Assembly (NCBI GenBank): GCA_965655095.1 | Contig: OZ296651.1 | Coordinates: forward strand, 12,524,001-12,588,000 | Direction of reading: 5' to 3' | Source of the DNA: Haplodiscus bocki | Lineage: Eukaryota | Length of the DNA stretch: 64,000 nt | Shown: positions 39,068 to 51,300 of the stretch, piece by piece | Layout: every line of letters begins with the position of its first letter | Numbering within the stretch: the stretch's first letter is position 1 | Position numbers and translations under genes: made by a program | The notes under the pieces: model-generated | Databases searched by the model: none | What the model was told of the DNA's origin: nothing | The model's input: the letters and a program-made list of their open reading frames with translations, nothing else

Positions 39068-40367
39068 AATTGATTGAATGAAATCTTTAATTAGTTGAAT
39101 TTCCTATTATGTTTGTTGTAATCGAAACTTTTCTCTGTATATATATTTCCAGATGTCTATCTTTTCAGATCCTTAAATTGAAGAACTGTTTAGTGGAATT
39201 TACGGCACGTTCCAACAATGCTTCTGTAGCTTGTAACGAGAAACATATACGAAATGATTTCATTGAATGACTAATCTTTCTAGTATAGTCCGATATCTAA
39301 TCGTATAGTTTGATTCTGCTTCGCAAATTCATTATTTTGCGTAATACGAATATGGGCAAATATTCAAATCAGTAGTGTCCTTTTTTCCTTCGCTGTACTG
39401 CCCAATTCCTGTGCTTTTTAGGACTGTTAATCACATCCGCAAATTCTTAAAACATAAACGAACACTAAATTGTACGGAAATTTTCAGACTTCATTTTTCG
39501 TGACATCCAGTTTCCCCATAATGAAATTGTTGAACAGATTGAAACAAAACAATCGGGATACTTCCTCTCTTTTTTGAAAATGATTACGAATAATTTCGCG
39601 ATAACTTTGCAATTTGCGTGTACTAAAAGTTTTCCGGCATTTGTTAATAAATTTTTTTCCTGGTACCCCCGTGATTGTTCCAGAAAATCTCTGCTCCTGT
39701 TGTTATTCACGATACAACTCTATAAATCTCGCTGTTAGTATGCACAAAAAAAGTTCGTAAAAACCGATGAGTTTGTGATGCCCTAGCTTGTTAAAATTCC
39801 TAGCCTGTTCCTTGTTTGTTAATTTCATGTTGGATACATGCAAGCTATTGCAGTTAAGTACTGAATGTTACTTTTTTGACTTTGATGGCGGATAATCGAG
39901 TGGCGGTTAATCGAAAGTAACATTTACATATAACAGAAAACATTTCATGGTGACACAGGTGTACCTGTAATATGGAATACCTTCGTCATCGATATTAAAA
40001 AGTTTTTGAAGACCTCCGTCTATCTGCCTTTCTTCAATGCTACTGTTAAGGACTTGGTGGCAGTAGGTTGATTCTTCTGAACGTCGCTGGCTTTTTGTGA
40101 GGTCAATTATCGGAAAGTATTTGGCTGCTTCCCCAGAAAAAAAAAACATTTTTCGGAAGATTGTTTGTTCTCTAACTGCACGAAGTGGTACTGGGTTGTT
40201 GATGCTCAGAGTTGGTACCCTTTCGAAAACTTTGATCTTGGTTTTTGACTGTCGGATTTGGAAAATAATAATTTTTCACATTTTTGAAGAAAAAGTTAAT
40301 TGAAACAGATATGCATCTCTACAGTACAAATCAGTTTTAGCATTTCAAAACCCTGTTGCGGAAACGC

Positions 40368-41935
40368 TTTTTAAAATACATTTTGCTGCATTTTTATTGA
40401 ACATGGCAGTCTGCTGAGTGATTGGTCTTCACAATAATTTGTTCTTTGTCATGTACTGAAACAATAGCTTTGGTTGAGTTCAGGAGAAACGAACTGGATT
40501 TTTGAACCCGAAATGCCTTGGGATTTAAACAGATTAATTATGCAAAATGAACTTTGAAGTATGTCAATTTTTTGTTCATACCGTTGAGTTAAACATTAAA
40601 GAAAGATTGAGCAAGAAAACGACCAGCTCAGACCAGTCACAACTCGGATATAGATTTCTCTTTCAACCAAAACAGGGTTGTGTCCACGCTTTCAAAGTGT
40701 CCGCTCATCAGCCCTCTGCAGTTGTGATGCACATAGTATTCATCGCCTGAAGAGAACTAAATAAGTTGATGAGAGGAAGGAAACAATCCTATCATGCAAT
40801 ACAGAGAAGGACTATCCCTTTTGGGGTAAAGAGCCCGCTTCTGCTCTCTACTAACCAACCGCTGCCCTGCCTTCGTTATCCACATCCAGTTCCACGTCAT
40901 CCACATGTAATTCCATATACACAGAGCTGTGAGCTCAAAACAAGCAAAGATTGGCAGTATCCATGTAAATTGACACTGAATAAAAATATTGTCTGACGTT
41001 TTGTGGATACAAAATTTTGCTTAGTATCCCCTTTCCAATTTGAAGCGAGTGATTTAAACTGGAGAATTGAGGCTGGAACTTCAATAGACGTGTGCTGATT
41101 TTGCTCAACCTTTTGAATCAGTCCATTGAAGGAAACATTTTATTAGGGGTAGCAGACTGGGCAACAGTTGAGACAGCTTTTGAACAATTCAGTAACACTT
41201 GGAGGTTTACCTACAGACTTGGATTTCATTTTGTCCCGCATGACTGTTGATGAGATGTTCCAAATACGATGCATTTAGATAGACGTCGGCGAGTTCAAAG
41301 CGGGGTATGATGCAGTTATTTTTATATTGTTTCGAGTTTCCATCACTTTCATTGGCGCGCGCGTTCTTTTTATCAGTTCCAAATTTAGTTTGAATCGTTT
41401 CCACTTCTAACAATTCTCAAATTGCTGTGGTTGTTTTTAATTGACTTCAAGTTTCAGTCCTTTCCCAGTTGTAAGACTTTACTGTATTCTTTAGTGGCTA
41501 TCTTCAGCGCGTGGAATGAGGAAAATTTTATTGAAGATGTGAAGAATTTATTTCAAGAATGCAGTCAACTTTTCAGTAGCAATCCCAAAAAGGCGCTCTC
41601 CAAATCTCTTATTTACAACTTGATATTTTATAATTTACTCTGTCTATTTTTTGTCATCAAGTGGAATTTATAATTCAATAAAAGTTTCTCTTCAATATGT
41701 CTTCTTCGCATTTAATTTCCGTTCGGTTATTGTATATTTGTTTCTTGTCCACTAGTTTATTAGTTGTCTATTTCTCTGGACATTAGTATTTCCGATCAGG
41801 CGAGGTTTCGTTGTCTTTCAAACTTCAAGAAATTTAATAGCGCCAAGATTTCATAATTGCAATATTGATCAAATTAAGATCATGCTTTTGTGCATTGTAG
41901 AATATAGTTCATAATAAAATATTCATCAGAATATC
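40368..41935. repeat. LTR-like direct repeat, copy 1
   Basis: Matches 55045-56610 (offset ~14675). ORFs 41422-41673 and 56097-56348 are identical. Canonical PBS/PPT/TSD were not found. Confidence 0.75.
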
Positions 41936-42175
41936 ACACTAGCCGACTTTAAGTTGATTTCCCTTGCTCTAGTTTTGTTGCAGTAAATTTTTTCCTTGCT
42001 TCCGTGCAAGCTAGCTTTTCTTAAACTCGGTGTATCTGTCAATTTGGATGTGCATATGTAGGTGCACTTTCTTCTTGTCTTGTTTCTATCAGTTGTGATT
42101 CGGGTAGTAGTGGACTTTGATTACGCAATTGAAATTTCTCATCATTTTGTACACGATACAAATGTTGGTCTTCTG

Positions 42176-44141
42176 CTACCACAATCGGTTTGAGAGGGAT
42201 TTTTGGTTATGCAGCTTGTGAGAGAAGGGTTGAAATCTCTGAAAATTTTTGTAGCGATGTAGTGCCAACATTCCAATAACCAAATGACTTTTCCACGATA
42301 AATACTTATTGAATTGTTTCTCGATTGAAGGCTTCAGCATTTTTAGTTTCTTTGCAATGTGTTCAGCTATTTGTTGAATTTTCTTTTTGTAGCCATATTG
42401 TGGTTGAGCTTGATGTTCGAGTTTGATAGACTTCAGTAGTTTCATTTTGCTTCCATTTTCGTGTTGTAGTAAGGTAGTTCATCCACTGTTGGTAGTAGGC
42501 TGAACAGGTTTGCCATTGGTTTAGGTAGTTCCACGTCCAGTGTGATTGGCGGAACTTTGGCACAAGACGATATGTCAGAACGAATTGTGATGTTTTATCC
42601 AGTTAACTGTTCACCACATTCTAGAGTTATTAGACAAATTCTCATCCCTTTACCGTTTTTGAACCTAGGGCTGTAGCGTCCATATAGTTCTCTTTGAATC
42701 GAGGTTGTCTTGGGCTGATGTTATGAGCCATATGCCATACACCAGATGTGTTGCCTCGACTTTCAGTGGTAGTGGAACTGGTACTCTTTCACACACTTCT
42801 AGCGCATCCGTAATAATTCCAAAATATAGGGTTGCAAGGCAGGACGAGTATTTATTTTCTGTTGCTAAAGTTTTACGACAAATTCGGTACTTGCTTGAAC
42901 CATTACATTTGTCAAGTTGATTTCTTGTACCCACGAAGTTTCCATCAAATTCTTCGATACTGCCAGATAATCAGCTTCGACATTCCATTTGATACCCATG
43001 TCTTCATCCATTTGGGGTAGAGATACCACTATTGCTTTGTAAACTGTGAATGCTGATTGTCGAGAAGCAATTGGAATTACCGTTGTCATCAGAAGACCAT
43101 CGTCCAGGGTCAATACATCCAATAGTAAGCGTGATTTATAATATGCCAGAAGTTCTTGCTTTGGGATGACCAATGTGAGTCGATTATCCGGCTTCTCTTG
43201 TGAGTCCTCGACTACTTTCAAATTATGTTCCGATGATTCTGGCAGTCGTGACTTGAGAACGTATTTTGAAGGAAGAGAGGGAATACCGTTCATTATGTTC
43301 ATCTTGAATGCAAATAGGGCTGCTCGATAGGCTTTAGCGTTGCTGTAGATTGGCCAAAGTAGAGAAGATAGTGTAGCGAAATTAAAGTTCACTTGTCGTG
43401 TATATTGGAATTGGCCGAAATTGCGCATTTTGTGGATCTTTTCACGGAATACTTCGAGTCGTTTCTCGATCTTTTGCCAGTTTTCATTTTGTGTTTCGAT
43501 ACCTTGGTTTTCTAGGATCATAGGTTTTCGTCGGATTTTTGAGATCTGAATGGTAAAATTTTTCGGAGAGAGGGAGAGAGGATCTCAGAATAATCTTATC
43601 GTTTGACTCAGTGTCTGGGGAGGCCTTAGGGAGTTATGGCGTTCTTCTAATCTGTCGTTTTTGTAGTCTTCGCAGTGTCACATTTTTGGAAACTATGGAC
43701 TATAGGTATGTGTCGTAAATCTTGATACTTTCTCTAAGAAGAATTGATCGTCGTTAGGCCATGCTAATATACCTTGTCGTGTGGTGCTAAATTCGGTTGA
43801 AGTGTAGAAGTTGTTTTTGTACGTACTTCTCGTTTTTCGTGACTTTCGCAGTGGCAAAATGTGGTCAATTGTTGTCCGTGGGACAGGTGTTTCCGTTGAT
43901 GTTGCATTTCGGTGCGACGAAGGGCTGTAAGCGTCTGCTCTTACACTCTATCGTATAGCAGAGGTTGTGAGCTGCGTGTTGAGCTATACTGTTTGAAAGT
44001 TGTTTAGTGATGTCTTGGGGTTCGCAGTGGCACAATCTCAGTAATTGCCGCTCTTGGAGTCTAGCAGTTTCCAGTCACACTTTTGCCCATGACCATTGTG
44101 TAAATACCTGTCCACCAAAGTGATGTGTAGAAGTTTTTCAT
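42176..44141 (-). pseudogene. env-like class I fusion glycoprotein (baculovirus-F/errantivirus/paramyxovirus-F-like)
   Basis: Signal-like start at 44141 and heptad region 'NWQKIEKRLEVFREKIHKM'. 'LLMTTVIPIA...FTVYKAIVVSLP...DYLAVS' is followed by Cys-rich 'LDKCNGSSKYRIC...SCLATLYFG...C'. A hydrophobic stretch lies near 42270. Confidence 0.75.
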
Positions 44142-44299
44142 TCCACGTGTTTTCCGGGGTGCTTTTCTTTCGTCCACTCTTGCAATTTTTTTTTATGAAG
44201 TCTCAGTTATCGTTCGAGTTCATTGTTATCTTTGGAGGTGTTTTTCATTCTTTTTGGTGGTGTTCTGCTTAGCCGTTCGTTTTCAGCGAAGTGTGGCGT

Positions 44300-44712
44300 C
44301 TGGTACAGGTTGATATTGATACTACAGACTTTTGGAATACTTCATCTAGAGTTTTGTGCACAATTGATGGTTGAAGTTTGTCTAAGCCGCATCCAAGTTC
44401 CGTTAGTCTGATATTTTTCTGTCCATGAGCCTCAGCGTGATTGCGCATCTTGGTGACGCTGTTTTTCAGGGCGTTATAGAAGGGTTGGTGAAACTATTCG
44501 GATTTCTTTACCAAATTATAAGTCCATTGTCGTCAAAATTGATCATAGAATGCGAGTACTGATCCTGGTGTTAGTTCCCTGGAAGCTCAGGTTTTCATTT
44601 GTGCGTAGTCGGTCAAATCGTTTCGCGATACCTGCTCCCAGGAAAAAATCAGAAGAAACAGAGTGTCCCGTACTAGAGGTAGTTCCAAAAAAATGGTCTT
44701 CCACTGTGGTCA
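44300..44712 (-). pseudogene. TARG1/OARD1 (Poa1p/DarG-like) macrodomain at the pol C-terminus
   Basis: 'EDHFFGTTSSTGHSVSSDFFLGAGIAKRF' [frameshift ~44590] 'PGSVLAFYDQF*RQWTYNLVKKSE*FHQPFYNALKNSVTKMRNHAEAHGQKNIRLTELGCGLDKLQPSIVHKTLDEVF'. Collinear with OARD1 (AHCISED.RMGAGIA / YLITK / KPTY..L..SL..M..H / IGCGLD.L). Confidence 0.85.
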
Positions 44713-45399
44713 TTTTCGAGGTGCTATGAGTTAGTTGGGCTTCGTTCATGTCGGTTCTACTTCGTTTTTTAGATGTTTCTTCTTGTATTGCTCCAGGTCT
44801 ATGTACGAATTGCAGTTGATGGCGACGATTGTTCAGAAGATCGACAAAATTTCTTGCTTCGACTGATTGTCTCTGATTGGCGCGTTGAGAACTGCGTGTT
44901 TTTTGAAGTTGTTGTCCCGCCTCCTCAAGAACGCGTTCGCTTGACCTACTGGTTAATTGTTCTTGTTTCCTTGTTGAGGGTCTCAGTGCTGTACTGACTT
45001 CAACATATTCGTCAGATTCCTCGGAAGATTCTAGTAATTGTGCTGTGCGGTCAGGTGGTTGTGTGGGTTTTCTCCGAGGTTGGTAAGGTCTATTGGTTTG
45101 GTCAATTGTTAATGGTTTTGCAATCACAGGTGCAGGGTCGGGTTGATTGACTGTTTCCTGTGCTGGCAGTGGTTGTCGAGGTTGTGCTCGAAAAGAAATG
45201 GAGACTCGAGCTGGGCTGTCCAAGTTCGGAGTTTTCTTTTCTGGTGAAACTTGGTCATTATCCAGAAGAGAAGGGTGACCGTTGTCGAAGAAGTCTTGAT
45301 CGCCTCTGTTATATCCCAGTGTTGGGTCTGTCTGGAAATTTTCACAGTCTGTTACCTGATATTGAGGCTTGGTTGGACGTAGTCTAATTCGGTGGACAG

Positions 45400-46480
45400 T
45401 TTGTGTATAGTTCGTTCCAATTTTTCTTTTGAGGTAACTAGAGTCGGTTAAAACTCTCCACTCTATACAGAGCCAGCCGTTTTTGGATCAGTTTTGGGCT
45501 GAAAGCTGACTGTTCGGTGAATCAGGAGTTCAAGATTAAGCAGTATTCGTTCTCTAAGGGAATTTGATCTTGCTTTTCCGTCCTAAAACCTCCTGTGTCT
45601 GTTGAAAGATTTGGTGAAGCTCTTTTGTAGTCTGGAACTTTTTCAGCATTTCATCTCGCAGGGATTCCACAAAGTCGTAATTAACTGCTGATTGCTGTAT
45701 ACAGGTAGAAGCGAATATCCACAGGCTTGTCTGGATCTCGTCCATGGAAGATCTCCGCTGGTGCGCATCCATTTGAGGTGTGATATGTGTTATGGATGTA
45801 TGTTGCCAGGTTTAGGTATTTGTGCCACTTGGTGAATGTCTGGTTGCTATTCAGTTTCAGAATGCGCGTTAGTGCTGCATGTGCCCTTTCCACCAATATA
45901 CTTGTTTGTAGGTGTTTCAATGATACCTGAGATTTTTTCTTCGACTAGTTGAGTGTGTTCATGTTAAACCTCGGACACTGTGTGCCTAAGTTTGAGAAAT
46001 TTTCCTGTAGTATATAACTGTGTTGGAACATAAGGGAAACCAGGGCTGTGGCCACCGAGATTGCACTTATTGTAGTCAGCGGTTCTGCAAATGGGTTTTT
46101 AGTGAAAACATCAATTGCTGTCAGGAGGTGCTCGTACGTTTACGTTGGAAAAGGTCCCAGATGTCTATCTGCATGAGCTCTCCTGGGAACGATTGAAATG
46201 TAGAAACTTCTTGAAGTGGTGGTCTAAGTCGTAAGGGTTGTACTTGCTTCATTTGGAGGCATTTAGAACCTGTTCTGATATAATCTGCTACTTATTCCAC
46301 ATAGTTTCGGCATTAGGAGCGTTTTCTGAGTTCCTCAATTGTTTTCGTTATTTCCAAGTGCCCTCCATTTGGGGCGTTATGTATTTTGTACATAACTTCT
46401 TTCAACATTGTTTAGGCACGCACAATTGTTTCTACAACTTTTTGCCATCGTGTGCAAAGTATCGACTGTAGAGTTTTCCA
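45400..46480 (-). pseudogene. Gypsy integrase
   Basis: 'KIHNAPNGGHL' (HHCC region), 'LGPFP', 'LTAIDVFTK' and 'LVERAHAAL...WHKYLNLATYIHNT.HTSNGCAPAEIFHGR'. Confidence 0.85.
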
Positions 46481-46889
46481 TTTTCTGTAAATAATCTTCG
46501 TAACTGCTTGAGGTGCTTTTGTTCTCCTGTAAAGTAGAAGTTTGCTGTAGGTGCAGAGTCTGTTTCCATCCATTTCATAACTTTTGCCATCACTGGGTCA
46601 GACTTTTGTTCCTTTTTCAGGTTAGCTTTTGTTGCTTCCAATTCGGGGTAGACATCCATTGAGTTTGTGTGTTGAGTGGCGTTCATTTCTGTTATTTTAT
46701 TGTTGTATTTCGTCAATTGTAGTTCCCTGTTTGATGTCAAGTTCTTTTGTTGGCTCACTGCCTAATCATAATTTCCAGATTGTTTGAGGGTTATCAGTGT
46801 GTTTATGTCGACTACATGGAGTAGGTCAACAGGTCAAATGTCTGCAAAGAGCTCATTGATTGTATTGTCTGGCAACATCGCTCGTACAT

Positions 46890-48350
46890 CTTTCATTTTT
46901 TCTGATTGGGATTCTGTCTAAGTTTCAATTCAATTGTTTCGTTCGGATTTGATTGCAAGCGAGACAGAAAATCTGCTGCAGCATTGGCTTTTCCTGGAAT
47001 GTGAGTTACCACAATGGTAACTGCTATAACTCGATCCACATAATTCCAAAGTGATTGAGGAAATGTTTGGGCTTGGACGAATCTGGTCAAACTTCTGTTG
47101 TTTGTCAGTATGAGCACTGGGTTTTTCACTTCTACATTTGAAATGAGAGAAAGTTTCCAAGGCGAAGTAGAGGGATAAGAATTCCTTGCACTATATTGAC
47201 TTTTTCAATTGCGCTGTTTTGAAAACTTTAGATCCAATTGACACGGGTGCATAACATTTAACCGTTTCTCCTCTGTTGTCTGTGACATTGTGCTCTATCA
47301 ATAATACAAATCTACTCGAGTGATAATTAGCATCACACAATGTGGCAAATTGGAGTCCTGGTTTGGCAAGTCTAAGTGTTTCCATTGTGGTAGTTTCAAG
47401 TTTGTCTCTGAGTGTTTCGAAAGCATTTTTGATCTCATCTGTAATTTCAAATGAGACATTTTTCCGCAAGAGTTTGTATAAAGCTATGAGGTGTTCGTTC
47501 AGATTAGTGATTAAACTGCGAAAGAATTGTAGGAAGCCTAATAGTCGTTTTACTTGTTTCACTGAGTTTAGTATTTCAAGTGTTTTAAAGGAATTTTCAA
47601 TTTTTTTCTTCTCAGGTTCTAGGCATTCCTCTGTTTAGACGTTTCCATGGAAGTTAACTTTTTATGGTCCCAGAAAGATTTTTCTGGCGATAGTTAGAGT
47701 GCTGATCTGCGTAAGCATTTGAGGATGAGTTGTAAATTGGGTATGAGTTGTTCAACTGATTCCACTCCACATCCAATGTCATCCATGAACTGTGCGCAAA
47801 CATTTGCTGAGAGGCATGGCTCTAAGTAGTTTCTCACAAAAGTACTGAGGCCTGTAACTGATCTGTTCAGACCTCTGGCTAATCTTTGGTAAGCCATAGT
47901 GTTGGAAGCAACATTGAATGCAAGTAGTTGTATCGAAAGGGGGTCAGCCATTTGTACACAATGGTAGGCTTGAGAGCAATCTAATTTACAAAAGATTGAT
48001 CTTTCAGCAAAATCTGCTGTTGTGTCTGCCCTTGTTGAAGTCGGGAAATTGTTGTTATGGTAATCATGCAAGAAAAGGTGATTGAGTTCTCGTGAGTCCA
48101 CTAGAATTCTTATTTTTCCATTTGGTTTGCGGTGTGCAAAGATTGGAGTGCTGTATTTTGAATGGATGAAACTTGTGATGGTTCCAAAATTTTCTAGGAG
48201 AGCGAGCTCTACTTGTAGTTCTTGACGTATGTGGATAGGCGTTGGTAAGCTTTGTGTGTAGACCGGTTGTTCATGTTCTGCGGCTAACTTCATTCGAAAT
48301 ATATCCAACATCAATTCTATGTTTAGCAAAAATATCCGAACATCCGACCA
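46890..48350 (-). pseudogene. Gypsy reverse transcriptase-RNase H
   Basis: 'PIFAHRKPNGKIRILVD', 'FCKLDCSQAYH', 'YQRLARGL', 'QFMDDIG', 'LLGFLQFFR', 'LCDANY' and 'HIPGKANAAADFLSR'. Confidence 0.9.
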
Positions 48351-51300
48351 ATAAGTCTTCAACTTGTTGCTTTTCATCCGCTTTAAGTACAGATTCATTC
48401 CATTCGGATCTTTGTAGAAATTGGTCACGGTTTTCACTGTTAATGTGGGGCGTCTATGGTGTCTAGTTCTTGTAGTTTCTGTAACTCGATGTATATCCTT
48501 CTTCCCACACTTTTCAGTGTTGTTGGATTCTGGCATGTTTCGGAAACCAAAACTTTTTGTAGTCTGGTTGGGGTCTGGGTGGCTGAGAATCTGCATTGAA
48601 TTCTTCGTCTATTACCAGCTGGTTGATTTCATTCTCAATGTCTGGATTTTTGAATTTTGCAAATGTTAGCAGTTGTGGGTCTATCGTGGTTAATGTTTCC
48701 GCTTGTTGGGGTGAGAGAAGTTTGAAATATGCAATGTCTGAATTTCGGGGAATGGTGATCTCATTGGTTTGGGGCTTTAAGGCAAGTAAGTACAAATTTC
48801 CTTGAAAGTCAGTTGGTGATATTGAAGTGATGCACCGGCCTGTTTTTTCTTCAGAACTAACTTTTGGTTCTACAATACCACATACATCAGCAAATCGTTT
48901 GTTTTCCGTTTGGAGGTTGTATTTGACGGTTGCTTTTTAGTTGGGGGATATTGAAGGGACAGGACGTCACCTTCAAGAGAAATGCATGGAGTTATTTCTT
49001 CCTCATTTTTCTCTCGTGGCTGTTGTTCATACTTGCGTGGCTTCACTCGTTTTTTGGTACACAGATCATGCACCGTTGCTGCCTGGCTCATTTTGGTCCA
49101 GTAGTTTTATTTTTGATGAAGTTTGGTATGGCGTTCGTTAAGATTTCTTTGATTCTCTTGTTTCGTTCATTAAATACATTGTCTAGTGCTGCTTGGTTGG
49201 CGTCTTGTGCGTTCTCGACACTGTCAATTTCTGCTTGTTCATTCGGCGGGTTAGCTGGCGGAATTGATGGGATTACTGAATCAGGGTAAGCGTGTGTTGC
49301 TATTATCTGCAATTGAACCAAGAAGTCTTCTGTGCTACCATTCTTGTGATCCAATTTTAGGTTGTGGAGCTGTACTTTGTGAAGTTCTCGGAGGTTTGGG
49401 TTGCAGTAATGGTTTCTCAGTGCCGTTATTGCTGCATCAATGTCATCTCTGTTTGCTTGTGGTAAAGTTCTGGAGAACTGCGGGGCTTTATCTAGTGAGT
49501 GAAGTTGAAGAAACTGGGGTCTGTTGGCATTTCGGGTATTGCCAACATTGATCAGACTTCTGAGCAGACTTTCGAAATCTGGCCAGTTCTCATCTGCTTT
49601 TCCGCTGATTGGTATATAGTGGTTGTGGATTGGCTGCTGCCACTGTCCTCGAATAGTTCTATTCCTCGCTTCCTCTTTGTGAACATGTTAAATTGCTATG
49701 GTTGTTTTTAATTGACTTCAAATTTCAGTCTTTTCTTAGTTGTAAGACTTTACTTTATTCATTAGTGGCTATCTTCAGAGAGTGGTGATCTGCGTAAGCA
49801 TTTGAGCATGAGTTGTAAATTGGGTATGAGTTGTTCAACTGATTCCACTCCACGTCCAATGTCATCCATGAACTGTGCGCAAACATTTGCTGAGAGGCAT
49901 GGCTCTAAGTAGTTTCTCACAAAAGTGCTGAGGCCTGTAACTGATCTGTTCAGACCTCTGGCTAATCTTTGGTAAGCCATAGTTTTGGAAGCAACATTGA
50001 ATGCAAGTAGTTGTATCGAAAGGGGGTCAGGCATTTGTACACAATGGTAGGCTTGAGAGCAATCTAATTTACAAAAGATTGATCTTTCAGCAAAATCTGC
50101 TGTTGTGTCTGCCCTTGTTGAAGTCGGGAAATTGTTGTTATGGTAATCATGCAAGAAAAGGTGATTGAGTTCTCGTGAGTCCACTAGAATTCTTTGTTTT
50201 CCATTTGGTTTGCTGTGTGCAAAGATTGGAGTGCTGTATTTTGAATGAATGAGACTTGTGATGGTTCCAAAATTTTCTAGGAGAGCGAGCTCTACTTGTA
50301 GTTCTTGACGTATGTGGATAGGCGTTGGTAAGCTTTGTGTGTAGACCGGTTGTTCATGTTCTGCGGCTAACTTCATTCGAAATATATCCAACATCAATTC
50401 TATGTTTAGCAAAAATATCCGAACATCCGACCAAAAGTCTTCAACTTGTTGCTTTTCATCCGCTTTAAGTACAGATTCATTCCATTCGGATCTTTGTAGA
50501 AATTGGTCACGGTTTTCACTGTTAATGTGGGGCGTCTATGGTGTCTAGTTCTTGTAGTTTCTGTAACTCGTTGTATATCCTTCTTTCCACACTTTTCAGT
50601 GTTGTTGGATTCTGGCATGTTTCGGAAACCAAAACTTTTTGTAGTCTGGTTGGGGTCTGGGTGGCTGAGAATCTGCATTGAATTCTTCGTCTATTACCAG
50701 CTGGTTGATTTCATTCTCAATGTCTGGATTTTTGAATTTTGCAAATGTTAGCAGTTGTGGGTCTATCGTGGTTAATGTTTCCGCTTGTTGGGGTGAGAGA
50801 AGTTCGAAATATGCAATGTCTGAATTTCGGGGAATGGTGATCTCATTGGTTTGGGGCTTTAAGGCAAGTAAGTACAAATTTCCTTGAAAGTCAGTTGGTG
50901 ATATTGAAGTGATGCACCGTCCTGTTTTTTCTTCAAAACTAACTTTTGGTTCTACAATACCACATACATCAGCAAATCGTTTGTTTTCCGTTTGGAGGTT
51001 GTATTTCACGGTTGCTTTTTAGTTGGGGGATATTGAAGGGACAGGACGTCACCTTCAAGAGAAATGCATGGAGTTATTTCTTCCTCATTTTTCTCTCGTG
51101 GCTGCTGTTCATACTTGCGTGGCTTCACTCGTTTTTTGGTACACAGATCATGCACCGTTGCTGCCTGGGTCATTTTGGTCCAGTAGTTTTCTTTTTGATG
51201 AAGTTTGGTATGGCGTTCGTTAAGATTTCTTTGATTCTCTTGTTTCGTTCATTAAATACATTGTCTAGTGCTGCTTGGTTGGCGTCTTGTGCGTTCTCGA

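Noticed and set aside
40540-41012. Possible small solo LTR nested in the direct repeat (TG...AATAAA...CA)
   Set aside because: No matching TSD, and AATAAA is not conserved in the second copy.
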